Virus record (IMG/VR): IMGVR_UViG_3300050821_024078
DNA: 20,000 nt
DNA from: an uncultured virus (IMG/VR IMGVR_UViG_3300050821_024078)
Taxonomy: Duplodnaviria; Heunggongvirae; Uroviricota; Caudoviricetes
Direction: 5' to 3' (one strand)
Shown here piece after piece: positions 7,437 to 18,336 of the stretch. Position 1 is the stretch's first letter. Each line of letters starts with the position of its first letter. The position numbers and the translations under genes were made by a program. The notes under the pieces are model-generated. The model did no database searches, had not been told where the DNA came from, and worked only from the letters and a program-made list of their open reading frames with translations.

Positions 7437-10106
7437 ATGACAGGAGAGCGTAGTACATTTGTCTCAGTTGCAGAACAGATTGTCACTTTTAATCAAAATT
7501 CTATAGAACTTTTAAATGGTCTTGTAAAAGTAATTTCAAGTAATGCTAATAATGTAAGTATTAATACTATAGATAGTCAAGGTAATATAACTAATTCAAC
7601 CCTACCATCTGTGGGATTCTTGATGTCTGAAATTAATCGTCTTTCACAAAATTTAGAAACACTTTCTTCAGTAGATCAAAGAGGAGCAATTATAAGACCA
7701 GCCAATAATACTTATAAAAAAATTATAGTTGCAGATCTTAATAGAGAACCAAATCCTATTAATTCATTAGAAGTAATAACTGGATTTAATGCTCAAAAGA
7801 ATTGGTTTTTCGATTCTTTATTGAATCCAGGATTATTTGTAAGATTTGATTTAACAGGTAAAATACAAGATAATGTTCGTAAGATTCAATCCAGAAGATA
7901 CATCATTAAAATTGATAAAGATGAATTTAATGTTCCTACAGCAGCTGGTGTTGATGCTGCAAACAGTTTTAATACAACTCTCAAAGGTAGAACTGATATA
8001 ACTACGGTTGAATTAGAACAGTGGATTAATGATACACTTGGTATAGTGGAACAAAAAAATGGTTCTCGTATAAATTATGATGAGCAAATATTTGATTTAG
8101 ATCCAAACACAATACAATATGATGGGTTATTCACTATCTTATCCACAGTAGAAGATATTACCAACAGAAAACTATGGTATGTTTTTGATACACTTAATTA
8201 TTTTGAATTAGCTACAGGAATAACAAAGGTTCTTAATGTGGGGGATCAAGTTATTATTAATACAGATCTTGCAACAACAAGACTTACTGTTACTGAAATA
8301 AGTAATCAGGCTTCCCAAATATGGGTTAACTTAACAATAGTGGAAGGTTATGAACCTATACCTGTTGGTGTTCGTGGAGGTTTAAAATTTTATAGTCCTG
8401 TAATAGTCAGTCATACAGTTGATGTTTCCGTAGGTTTTGATGAATATAATGTTGTCTTTGTTAAAGCAATTAATACAGATAACTATCTTATATCAAGAGT
8501 ATTTAGTACAGGTACTGCTTATTACACAAATGATTTAACTTTAACAGCTTCGGATGGTGCCGGTGTGACAGGTCAGCCTCTTCCTGATTATTATGTAAAT
8601 AATGTTTATGATTATGGTCAATTTATACAAGATTTAGCAACAACAAAAATACCACTAACACTTGGTTTAAAACCCAATGCTCCAGTCTTAAATACCGTTA
8701 ATTTTAAGGTATTACAAACAAATCAAAACATCACTGATACCCCAGACCTTGATAATTTAAGAAAGTTACATGCAACATCAAATGATCTAAGATCCAGTTT
8801 GGATGCCTTAAATATAACTATTACAAAAAAGAGAACTGAACTTAATACAAAACAGTATCCTTCCCCGGCTGATAGAACAAATGCTCAAAATCAATTAACT
8901 AAACTTGTTCAAACTAGTACTACAACAGCAGAAAACTTAGCCTCTGTTGTAAATCAAATTACATCTTTACAACAATCCAATGTAAAAGTTGCTCCAACGT
9001 ATCAAATGAGAGGATACTTTACTATTCCTGATCCAGTATCTGATAATAGAACAAGACCTCAAGAAGCTATTCAATTCTTAGTAAATTATAGATATCTTTC
9101 CTCTGATGGTAAAACAAATAATACAGAGACATTTAACGTTATAGATCCTACTGGTAAGACAACAAATGCTACTTATTCAGAATGGATTTCTTTTAAAACA
9201 GATATCAGAAATAGATATCTTGATCCAGTTACACAGAATTGGTTGTGGGCTGTTGAAGATTTAACAAATGCTGATGTACCAAATATCAACGCTCTTGCTA
9301 TTGATATTGGTCCTAATGCTACAATAGAAATACGTGTTAAAACATTAAGTGAAGTAGGTTGGCCTGATGCTGTATTAGAATCTGACTGGTCTAATACAAT
9401 GACAATGCCTTTTGATGTTACACTTCTTCAAAATAATGATAGAGATATCGAGATAGCCAAAGCTGCGGATCTTAATAATTTAAGACTTCAGGTACAACAA
9501 GACCTTACACAAAAAGGTCTTGATCAACATCTGGCTGATCAAGTTACTGTTAGTGGTGTATATTTTGCTCACATAGCTGATAATATTGGTGTTCGTGATC
9601 CTACCGGTAAGACAATAAGTTTGAATGATAGAATCACACAATTATCAACGGGTTCAAATATAGCAGCAAATATCAATATGGTTCTTGAATCACCATGGGT
9701 AAATTTTGGTAGTGCTAGACCGATAGCAACCTATTATTTGGATTCACAAAGAGTTTATATCGGTGGTATGATAAGAGTTGAAGAAAGATTTTTTGATTCT
9801 GAAGATGATGAATTTGATTCAAGATATCCAGCATTAGAAGCAGCAAATCTTCCAAAATATACTAATATAGCATTTCTTCCAGATGGATATCGACCACAAG
9901 GTTCTATATTGGTTAGTGTATTAACCTATAGTGCAACTTCAGTAGCTGGTAGAGTTGGTATTGTTGAAATTTTAACAAATGGTTTAATAAGACTTATTGA
10001 TGGTAATACTGGTTATGTGAATTTAGAAGGTATTAACTTTAGAATATCTCAGAGCACAACTACAACAGTAGCCTCTGATTCGCTACAAAATCTTAAAATT
10101 AGATAA
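7437..10106 (+). CDS. Putative virion structural protein (coiled coil, FN3-like segment, C-terminal tail-fibre/RBP-like domain)
   Basis: 889 aa, rich in N/T/V/D. Heptad-like region at about 8750-8985. FN3-like ending IEIRVKTLSEVGWP..ESDWS. The C-terminal pattern PWVNFG..RVYIGGMI..IAFLPDGYRP..VEILTNG..VNLEGINF is typical of phage tail C-terminal beta domains. Confidence 0.65.
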   Translation: MTGERSTFVSVAEQIVTFNQNSIELLNGLVKVISSNANNVSINTIDSQGNITNSTLPSVGFLMSEINRLSQNLETLSSVDQRGAIIRPANNTYKKIIVADLNREPNPINSLEVITGFNAQKNWFFDSLLNPGLFVRFDLTGKIQDNVRKIQSRRYIIKIDKDEFNVPTAAGVDAANSFNTTLKGRTDITTVELEQWINDTLGIVEQKNGSRINYDEQIFDLDPNTIQYDGLFTILSTVEDITNRKLWYVFDTLNYFELATGITKVLNVGDQVIINTDLATTRLTVTEISNQASQIWVNLTIVEGYEPIPVGVRGGLKFYSPVIVSHTVDVSVGFDEYNVVFVKAINTDNYLISRVFSTGTAYYTNDLTLTASDGAGVTGQPLPDYYVNNVYDYGQFIQDLATTKIPLTLGLKPNAPVLNTVNFKVLQTNQNITDTPDLDNLRKLHATSNDLRSSLDALNITITKKRTELNTKQYPSPADRTNAQNQLTKLVQTSTTTAENLASVVNQITSLQQSNVKVAPTYQMRGYFTIPDPVSDNRTRPQEAIQFLVNYRYLSSDGKTNNTETFNVIDPTGKTTNATYSEWISFKTDIRNRYLDPVTQNWLWAVEDLTNADVPNINALAIDIGPNATIEIRVKTLSEVGWPDAVLESDWSNTMTMPFDVTLLQNNDRDIEIAKAADLNNLRLQVQQDLTQKGLDQHLADQVTVSGVYFAHIADNIGVRDPTGKTISLNDRITQLSTGSNIAANINMVLESPWVNFGSARPIATYYLDSQRVYIGGMIRVEERFFDSEDDEFDSRYPALEAANLPKYTNIAFLPDGYRPQGSILVSVLTYSATSVAGRVGIVEILTNGLIRLIDGNTGYVNLEGINFRISQSTTTTVASDSLQNLKIR

Positions 10107-10108
10107 TC

Positions 10109-13100
10109 GTGATAATTGAGAAAAGTTTTGGTCTTATAAGAACTAACCCAGCTTTAACAACAAATGTTAAAATTGTAATTACAGGAGAATATAACATATA
10201 TCTTGAAAGTTTTCTGGTTAATAGTGGTTTAAATGATAACCGGTATAAACATTTTGAAGTCAAGGTTACTGATTATTTATATGAGTCACTTTACTATTTT
10301 TATTTGAATGGTGTACCTTTAGAACAAGCTTATGAAGGTCCAACTTTAAATGATGCAGATCATATGTATAATGATTATCAAAATCAATATGATGATACCT
10401 ATTTAGCAGGAGCCACATGGACTGAAGATACCTGGTATACAGAAGAATTTGAATATTTTGCTCCATTGTATGTTAATATAGCAAAAAGACCCAAATATTT
10501 TGCAATACTTAGAGTTGATGGTCCTGGATTGAAAATAAGTAATTCTGCTAGTTTCAGACCTGATATAGTAGAACAATGGAAATTTGTTACCATGTTTGAT
10601 TTGACCAATGCTACTCCTCTTGGTAGATGGTTAGACCAAAATTTAGATGATCCAAATTTTCCTACAGCACCATTAACTGTAAGATTTGATGATTATACAT
10701 ATACAGATTTATCTGGTATTAATATAGAAACAGGTGGCTGGGTTACTAAGACTATTGATTTTTCTGAGGAACAACATGTAAATACACCAATATTTAAAAC
10801 AGAGGAATTAATTACAAGTAGTTTTCAAAGTAATAATGTTGTTTATCCGAATATACTTAATTTAAAATTTCTTTTTGATGATACACCGGCAGCACCAGAC
10901 AGTTTAAGACAATATTCAATTAATCGTTATCTTGGGTTTTATCTTGATGATCTTGAACTTGTAAAAAATGCTACACCACATCAACCATTTGATTTAAATA
11001 AAGTTGCTGATAATTTAATAGAAACCTTAAGTGTTATTGACTGTAGTGAAATACCTTATTTACAAAATAATTTATTTGTAAGAGATATCTTAGGCCGAAC
11101 ATATAGTTTTGATCCTATAAAAAATGGATGGGATGATAGTAAAATATATTGGATTGAATATCAAGAAAATTTCTATAGACTTGATAAAGTTCCAAATACT
11201 AATCAAAATATCATTGGGGATTTCAATTATAAAGTAATAGCTAATATTACATTACAAAGAACTATTGATGCTGATATTCAAAATCTTATTAATACAGGTG
11301 CAACAATAAATCCAGAGATTTTAACACAACAACAGAAAGTAATAATAAATGATCTTTCTACAATGAAAAGTAGAGTAGAAATAGTACCAAGAGTTGTATT
11401 TCCTAATTTTCAGGCTAATAATGTTATCAGTAATGTAAATCCTAATTTTATAACTTATCAAAGGAATTTCACTACTATTGTAGAAGGTGAACCATATCTG
11501 TTTACATTATCTTTGAGTAATGATATTAATAATAATCTTTTTTCTATAGATAATTTTGATGCTGCTGACTTATACATCGTTGATGTGTCTGGTGTATATT
11601 ATATACTTAAACAATATCCACAAAATACACCAAATGTTGGTGGTTCATATTATTTACAATCTGATTGGGCTGTTAGTGCGGATAGTATAAGTTTACAAAC
11701 ATGGATAAATAATGGTATTCTTACCAAAGATCCTAATTTTTATACATCAGTGGATGTCCAAAAAATAGTAGCTGGATCAGAACCGGTAACGTTGAAAATA
11801 TATCGTGTTAAATTTTCTGATATAAAAGATTTTGATTTTGATCGAGTTGAAACTAGATATAGCGATTTTGAATATGAAATTAATGATAATTTTACTGATA
11901 CAATTGAACCTAAATTTTATGCTAAAGAACACCGGGTTTTAAATGTTCAGGTAAATAGATTTCCGAAAGAATATATTCAGCGTCAGCCTATATTAGATTT
12001 AAATAACGAAATCTATGATCCTAATGAATTTCAATTAGATTTTAATGGTAATATTATTTATACAGATGATACAAAATATCAAACTTTACAAATAACTTTA
12101 CCAAGAGAATATTACAGAGAAGAAAATTATCTATATCTTGTAGATGGTGATCCTACTAAAGTTATTGATTTTACTCTTAATTCGGATCCTGTAGTATATA
12201 ATGAACAAGCTGTTTTTGGTACTGCTGGATATACTATTGATGAAATTAAATTATTACCTATCGTTAATATATGGCCAGATGAAAGTACTTGGACAGACAT
12301 AGTTGGTAGAAAACTTATTTTAAATTCTAATGGTAAGACACTTCCTAACATTAACGCAAAGAGAGATCCTAATCAAAATTATGATGCGAATTATGTTCCT
12401 GTAAGTTCTGAATATATTGCTTCGGATGAATTGTTTGAAGTAAGAGGTCTTAATTTAAGTCCTATATGGAGTAAAAATCCATCTATTTGTAAATGGGGAT
12501 TCCTTAATAGTAATAATTCAGGTGATTATTCATATCGTTTAAATTATGACCTTATAGTTGGTGGTCTTGATAATAGATCTCCAAACATATACAGTAATCT
12601 TCAGTATCCATTAAGATTCGCAAGAGACCTTGACTTTTTTTATAGATTTGGGTTAGTAAATAATACTAATTATAAAAATTATTCTCTTCATCTAAAAGAT
12701 TCATACTTTGATATTGATAAATATTTCTCTACGAGTTTTGATTATTTTGAAGGTTTATTTAAATCTGATCAATTAACTTCAGATGGTATAAAATTGAATC
12801 AAAAATATTCTGTATTCCATAGTGGATCAGATATAGTAAATCCTTACACATTATTCAAAGGTATTAAATATAATATTAGTGATGTTAACACAATACAATC
12901 GGAAGTATTCCTTAATACAACAACAAATACAAATCAAACCTATATAGAAGATATTTTTACAACAGCTTCTACTAAGTACAACGGATACAGATTCGTTATT
13001 GTTATGGGAAGGAAACTTTCTATATTTAATAATAATCCTGGAAGAAACAATGGTAATTTTGGTATTGATATTTACTTGAATGATATATGGAAAAATATTG

Positions 13101-16100
13101 TTATAAATTTATATTTTGAAACAGATGAAACCTTACAAATAGATGATCCAGCTGTTACAACAACAAGATTTATAAATGCTGAAACATGTATTATTGATAA
13201 ATGGTATCAGGATCAAGATGTCGCTAGAACGGATTTAAATGGGTTAATTTGGGATAAATTAGAGTTTAAAATTAATGGTCAAAATATAGGCGTAAGACCA
13301 AGAGATTTGAGGTTGATTGAATTTATGACAATAATCAATAACTTAAATTATAGACCTGATTTAACTGTGCAAGGAGATACAAGAAATCCTGTTAGTTTTA
13401 TACATATTTATTCAGATGGTACTAATAAGGTAATGTCTAATGAGAACACAGATTTCTTTATTAGAACAGAACTTCCTACAGAATATTTAGTAAAAGAAAA
13501 TGGTTATGTCACAACACCTGTTGTGGTTCCGTTGGATATTAATAATAGTTTAATAAATACTATAGTATTAGCTGATAACAAAAACGATCCAACAAAAACT
13601 TTAGATGGTGTCCTTGTTGGTATTGTACCTGATCTAAATGCTTACAATGGATATCCTTTTGCTTTCACTATAACAGATGATAATACTGATACAAGACCTA
13701 TTTATGATTTACAGGAAGGTGTTGATCCTGATATTCATAGATATGGAGGACCTTATGTGCCTATATTTAGAAATGTTGATTTATTTAGACCTTTGAACTA
13801 TATTGGTATTAATTATACCAATCCTTTAAGTACTGGTAATTATAAATTTTATGATCCAAGAAATTCCGGAACTTTATCAACGACAACTATTCAAACTTTC
13901 GGTTTTATTAGTGAATTGATATTTTCAAAAGTAAATTTAGCTGGTAGTATATTAAAACTTAACGACCCATCTTCTAACTATCATAGTGTATTTCCAATGG
14001 TAGATGAATGTGGATATTCTTATATTCCAAAATATATCTTCCAAAGTAATTGGGATATTGAATTTTATTTGGAATCTAAAAAAAGAATATTAACGCAAAA
14101 TCAATATCCTACACAATCTGGGTATTCTGTATATTTTAGTGGTAATAATGATAAAATTATTATCCCTGATATGGATAAATTTAATTATTATATTGATGGT
14201 TTCCAAGATGGTAATATTCAAGTATTTGATCAGAATACATTGTATAGTGGTTGGCAACCAGGTTCATCAGCAGATTTAACAAACGTTGCCTTTGATCAGG
14301 ATGCTAGTGATGGGCTAGCAAGGCGTGGTACTGAAGATAATAGAACCTTATCAGACTTCATTTACGGACCATATACAGATCTCAGTCCAGGTACTTATAC
14401 AATTACTTATAGGATAAAGATAGAACTTGATCCTACTATTTCTTTAGATGAAACACAAACATTATTTACACTTGATGTTTCAGAAAATTATGGTGGACAT
14501 ATAATTACTACTGAAATAATAACCGGTGCCGAAGTTCCTGAATATGGTACTTATAATGATTACACATTAACATTTGATAATCTTACATTCCTCAATAGAG
14601 CTGAATTTAGAATAGCTGTGAATTATCCTCCGGCTCCATTAGGCAAAAACGGTAATGTAATCTATTGTGATTATATTACTTCTCAACGTGAAGAGATAAT
14701 TATTCCTGTACAGTTTTATCAAAATCCTTCTGTTTCTGGTATTAATATACCGATTGCTAATTTATTAGTTCCTGCAATGTATTATCGTTTTTATTATACA
14801 GGAACATCAATGACGATAACAGGAACAAATGTATACCAATATAATACATTAGCAACATTAATAGGTTCATCCTCTAGAACGGATTCAACATCTACATTTG
14901 CAACATCTTTGGTTTATCTACCAATATCATATTACCCAAGTTTACTACTTGGTGGTTTTGTTAAATATATTGGAAGTGGTACTATCACACAATTACAAAT
15001 AGAAGAGGCGACTCCTTATGTTGATATTAATTTTAATGATTTTAGTGTAGGACAAGGATTCTGTTTACAAATGAAAAAAGATACGGATGATAGTTATGCA
15101 AAAATAGAAATAGATAATATTACTTCTGTTAATGATCTTGTTACTAGATTACGTGTTATACTTACTAATACATCTCTTCCAGGACAAACATCTGTTACAA
15201 ACAGAGCAAGTCTTTTTAGTACACAAGGTAATAGTATTTATAATGTTACAGCAGTTGATACATCTTTAGATAATGCTAAGATTAAAATACATCTTATTGA
15301 TCAAATAAATCCAATAACAGATTATAATTTTAAAATTCTTCCTAAGAAAACAAATACCTCTCAAATTGATTATGATTATGTTTATAAAGATTATCAAGTA
15401 GTTCCTAACTTCTTTAATTCAAGAATAAAAATAAGAGGTTTCTTTAGTAAACCTTTAAGTTTTATTATAACACCTGTAAATTTTTCTGCTATAAATATTT
15501 TAGTGAATACTATAAACACAACCAATAATAATCCATTATTGGTTAATGATATTATCAAACAAATTAATAATCAATTATCAGGGAAACCTTTTATAGCTTC
15601 ACTTACTACAAGTACAACTGATTATTTTGAATTTTACATTACATCAAATTCTAATGGCTCATATTATAATTTCACAATAGCAGCTAACAATGTTAAATCT
15701 TATGTGAAAACGGTAAAAATGATTGGAAGACCAGCAACAATATTAGTTCATAGAATACTTAAACCTGTGCGAAATGGTCACTTTGCTAATATAAGATTTG
15801 ATTATTTAAGACCTATACGTAATGGTATATTAAAACCTGTTATTATAAAACCTAAACAAGTTGTTTTATTCTCACAACCAGTGCTTATTCCAAGAGTTGG
15901 ATTCTTGAGTTCAAGTAAAATTGATGCGTTAATAGCACAACAAACAGCTGCTGTTACAGCACAACAAGCTGCTATAAATGCACTTAATTTTAATACACCA
16001 AGTAACATTGTTTCTGTACAGGAGAAATCTGTAGCTACAATAGCTATAGAGATGGATACAACACTTATAAATGAAGTAGTTGGTGGTAAACATATAAATC

Positions 16101-17572
16101 TACAAAAATCAAAAGTAGGATATACAAACTCATTTACTATTGAATTTTGGGTATTAGTTAATGGCTGGATAAATACTAGTGAAACAATAATGTATAAAGG
16201 TCTTGATGGTGTAGATTCTTGGACAGAAAGTACATTATATAATTCACCTAATTTCTCTTGGGTTATCGGAAGAGATAGTAATAACGATAGATTATCTTTT
16301 AGAACATGTCAAATAAAACCGGCTTTACTGAAAAGTTTAACCACATATAAACCTTATCAACATTATTTCTTGGGGCAAATAATTTTATTTAATAATGTAT
16401 TTTATGATGTTGTTGTTATTAACATACAACCTACTAGTAGTTTCTCAGCAATACCTTCTTCAAGTATTAAACAGAAATTATATACTGATGTTGTAGATGT
16501 TCATACCTTAACATCAACTAAAGATATAAGTGATCAGAATTGGCATCATGTAGCATTTACTTTAGATGGTGATCTTAATCAAAAAACTATTTATATAGAT
16601 GGTACAATCGATACACAATATAAAAATGATGATCCTTTATTAACAAATATAAGAACATCAATGACCGGATCTGTTGATAATATAGATCTTGATAACTGGA
16701 ATATTTTGATAGGTACTGATTCTATAGTAAACAATGGTTTAAGAAACTTCTTGGGTTCTATAGATGAAATAAGGATATGGAATTATTCAAGAAGTGCTGA
16801 TAATATCTATAATAATTTTCGTTTATTATTGACAAAATCATCTTATTTAGATCCTCAAAAATCTTTAATATTCTATCTTAGACTTGATGAAGGTAAAGGT
16901 GTAAATACATTTTCTGATATTATGACTTGGGACCCAGATGTACAGCGTGGATGGCTAGTTAATAATATTGACAGATATCAAATTACTTCTAAACTCACAC
17001 AGAATGATGGTAAAAATGAAAATATTACAAACGATATTAGTGTTAGGCAATTTGTTAATTCTTGGGACCTTCCTGATGGTACAACATCTATTCCATCTAG
17101 TCGCCAAATATTGATCAATGATACTAATATAGAATGGGTATTATCTGGTGCTGATATACAAGGATTATCTGATGAAAGATATACATCACCTATTCCTCCA
17201 GCATCTACTACACAACAGATTATCTCTTTAGCTAAAGTTATTGTACCTAAGAGTAAATTTGTTGTTAAACAAGCCCCTACACCTATACCATCACCTATTC
17301 CAACTGTATCACCAGATGTTATTCAAACATTTGCTGTGTTTACGAAGCATTTGCAATTCTCTATACAGAAACCAAATACAGTGGCACCAACAATTACAGC
17401 TCAACCTCAAGTCGATGATAACCCATTCCGAATATTTGGTCTTGTGAATGTTAATAAACCTATTCAAAGTTGGTATACGAAGAAAACACAAGAGGTAACA
17501 ATGATAAATACGAGAACTTTAGCTGGTATTCAGCAAGTTTTTCAATCAATCTATAATCCTTATAAAAATTAA
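10109..17572 (+). CDS. Giant putative virion/tail protein with LamG (concanavalin-A-like) and CBM-like domains
   Basis: 2487-aa ORF with a GTG start 2 nt after the previous stop. LamG motifs SFTIEFWV, WHHVAFT..IYIDG, FLGSIDEIRIWN, LIFYLRLDEGKG. CBM-like GPYTDLSPGTYTITYRIK. Pro/Thr-rich tail. Confidence 0.75.
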   Translation: MIIEKSFGLIRTNPALTTNVKIVITGEYNIYLESFLVNSGLNDNRYKHFEVKVTDYLYESLYYFYLNGVPLEQAYEGPTLNDADHMYNDYQNQYDDTYLAGATWTEDTWYTEEFEYFAPLYVNIAKRPKYFAILRVDGPGLKISNSASFRPDIVEQWKFVTMFDLTNATPLGRWLDQNLDDPNFPTAPLTVRFDDYTYTDLSGINIETGGWVTKTIDFSEEQHVNTPIFKTEELITSSFQSNNVVYPNILNLKFLFDDTPAAPDSLRQYSINRYLGFYLDDLELVKNATPHQPFDLNKVADNLIETLSVIDCSEIPYLQNNLFVRDILGRTYSFDPIKNGWDDSKIYWIEYQENFYRLDKVPNTNQNIIGDFNYKVIANITLQRTIDADIQNLINTGATINPEILTQQQKVIINDLSTMKSRVEIVPRVVFPNFQANNVISNVNPNFITYQRNFTTIVEGEPYLFTLSLSNDINNNLFSIDNFDAADLYIVDVSGVYYILKQYPQNTPNVGGSYYLQSDWAVSADSISLQTWINNGILTKDPNFYTSVDVQKIVAGSEPVTLKIYRVKFSDIKDFDFDRVETRYSDFEYEINDNFTDTIEPKFYAKEHRVLNVQVNRFPKEYIQRQPILDLNNEIYDPNEFQLDFNGNIIYTDDTKYQTLQITLPREYYREENYLYLVDGDPTKVIDFTLNSDPVVYNEQAVFGTAGYTIDEIKLLPIVNIWPDESTWTDIVGRKLILNSNGKTLPNINAKRDPNQNYDANYVPVSSEYIASDELFEVRGLNLSPIWSKNPSICKWGFLNSNNSGDYSYRLNYDLIVGGLDNRSPNIYSNLQYPLRFARDLDFFYRFGLVNNTNYKNYSLHLKDSYFDIDKYFSTSFDYFEGLFKSDQLTSDGIKLNQKYSVFHSGSDIVNPYTLFKGIKYNISDVNTIQSEVFLNTTTNTNQTYIEDIFTTASTKYNGYRFVIVMGRKLSIFNNNPGRNNGNFGIDIYLNDIWKNIVINLYFETDETLQIDDPAVTTTRFINAETCIIDKWYQDQDVARTDLNGLIWDKLEFKINGQNIGVRPRDLRLIEFMTIINNLNYRPDLTVQGDTRNPVSFIHIYSDGTNKVMSNENTDFFIRTELPTEYLVKENGYVTTPVVVPLDINNSLINTIVLADNKNDPTKTLDGVLVGIVPDLNAYNGYPFAFTITDDNTDTRPIYDLQEGVDPDIHRYGGPYVPIFRNVDLFRPLNYIGINYTNPLSTGNYKFYDPRNSGTLSTTTIQTFGFISELIFSKVNLAGSILKLNDPSSNYHSVFPMVDECGYSYIPKYIFQSNWDIEFYLESKKRILTQNQYPTQSGYSVYFSGNNDKIIIPDMDKFNYYIDGFQDGNIQVFDQNTLYSGWQPGSSADLTNVAFDQDASDGLARRGTEDNRTLSDFIYGPYTDLSPGTYTITYRIKIELDPTISLDETQTLFTLDVSENYGGHIITTEIITGAEVPEYGTYNDYTLTFDNLTFLNRAEFRIAVNYPPAPLGKNGNVIYCDYITSQREEIIIPVQFYQNPSVSGINIPIANLLVPAMYYRFYYTGTSMTITGTNVYQYNTLATLIGSSSRTDSTSTFATSLVYLPISYYPSLLLGGFVKYIGSGTITQLQIEEATPYVDINFNDFSVGQGFCLQMKKDTDDSYAKIEIDNITSVNDLVTRLRVILTNTSLPGQTSVTNRASLFSTQGNSIYNVTAVDTSLDNAKIKIHLIDQINPITDYNFKILPKKTNTSQIDYDYVYKDYQVVPNFFNSRIKIRGFFSKPLSFIITPVNFSAINILVNTINTTNNNPLLVNDIIKQINNQLSGKPFIASLTTSTTDYFEFYITSNSNGSYYNFTIAANNVKSYVKTVKMIGRPATILVHRILKPVRNGHFANIRFDYLRPIRNGILKPVIIKPKQVVLFSQPVLIPRVGFLSSSKIDALIAQQTAAVTAQQAAINALNFNTPSNIVSVQEKSVATIAIEMDTTLINEVVGGKHINLQKSKVGYTNSFTIEFWVLVNGWINTSETIMYKGLDGVDSWTESTLYNSPNFSWVIGRDSNNDRLSFRTCQIKPALLKSLTTYKPYQHYFLGQIILFNNVFYDVVVINIQPTSSFSAIPSSSIKQKLYTDVVDVHTLTSTKDISDQNWHHVAFTLDGDLNQKTIYIDGTIDTQYKNDDPLLTNIRTSMTGSVDNIDLDNWNILIGTDSIVNNGLRNFLGSIDEIRIWNYSRSADNIYNNFRLLLTKSSYLDPQKSLIFYLRLDEGKGVNTFSDIMTWDPDVQRGWLVNNIDRYQITSKLTQNDGKNENITNDISVRQFVNSWDLPDGTTSIPSSRQILINDTNIEWVLSGADIQGLSDERYTSPIPPASTTQQIISLAKVIVPKSKFVVKQAPTPIPSPIPTVSPDVIQTFAVFTKHLQFSIQKPNTVAPTITAQPQVDDNPFRIFGLVNVNKPIQSWYTKKTQEVTMINTRTLAGIQQVFQSIYNPYKN

Positions 17573-17580
17573 CTAATGTT

Positions 17581-18336
17581 ATGAAAAAGAATTTTATAAC
17601 CAGGGAAACAACACTAGAACCTATCAAAGGAACTTTTAATATGAGAGAACTTAAATTCTTTTATGGTTCAAAAATAATGGAGATTGAAGATGTTATGACT
17701 ATTGATGAAAATGATATTCAATGGATCGAGTCAGCAACAAATACTCAAGGTTTAGGTCTTGAGAATCAAAATATGATTCTTAATACAGAACAACTTAAAC
17801 TTACAAACCATCAAATAACACTTTTTCCTAATCAGTCTGTTACAGAAAAAAGTCAATATACAAAATGGCAACTTGTATTTAATATAGATGTAATGATAAA
17901 CAAATATTTATTTGCTCAAATAAAAAGAGCTAGAACTTTTGCTGGAATTGATAATACCGATACAACATCTAATGACATTGATATTGCTATACAAGATTAT
18001 ATTACACAAAATGTTAAACCAAGGATTAGATTTTTTACGATTAATTTCTATATAAAATATTATCAAATAGGTACAGCTACTGAAACTGGTGCTATAGCAT
18101 TACAATTCACACCTATTTTTAGACAATCTCTTATAGAACCATCACCTATAGCTGGTGAAACTACACAACAATTTCAAGCTAGAAGTAAAACATATAAAGA
18201 TAGTTTACAAATAAAAAATTTTCAAATAACTACAGATTCTCAACAACAAACAGCAACTATGATACTACAACAATCACAGAGTAGCCAAAATTATAAGTTC
18301 GATTACTATTATGATGTCGTTTATCAAAAAGCTTAA
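17581..18336 (+). CDS. Hypothetical protein, probably structural
   Basis: 251-aa ORF 8 nt after the giant gene, Q/T/I-rich, with no recognisable motif. Confidence 0.75.
   Translation: MKKNFITRETTLEPIKGTFNMRELKFFYGSKIMEIEDVMTIDENDIQWIESATNTQGLGLENQNMILNTEQLKLTNHQITLFPNQSVTEKSQYTKWQLVFNIDVMINKYLFAQIKRARTFAGIDNTDTTSNDIDIAIQDYITQNVKPRIRFFTINFYIKYYQIGTATETGAIALQFTPIFRQSLIEPSPIAGETTQQFQARSKTYKDSLQIKNFQITTDSQQQTATMILQQSQSSQNYKFDYYYDVVYQKA

Noticed and set aside
10266..17491. Short ORFs inside the 2487-aa gene (10266-10466, 10399-10608, 12127-12351, 15802-16008, 17241-17447, 17309-17491)
   Set aside because: Fully nested, under 80 aa, with no motifs or expression signals.
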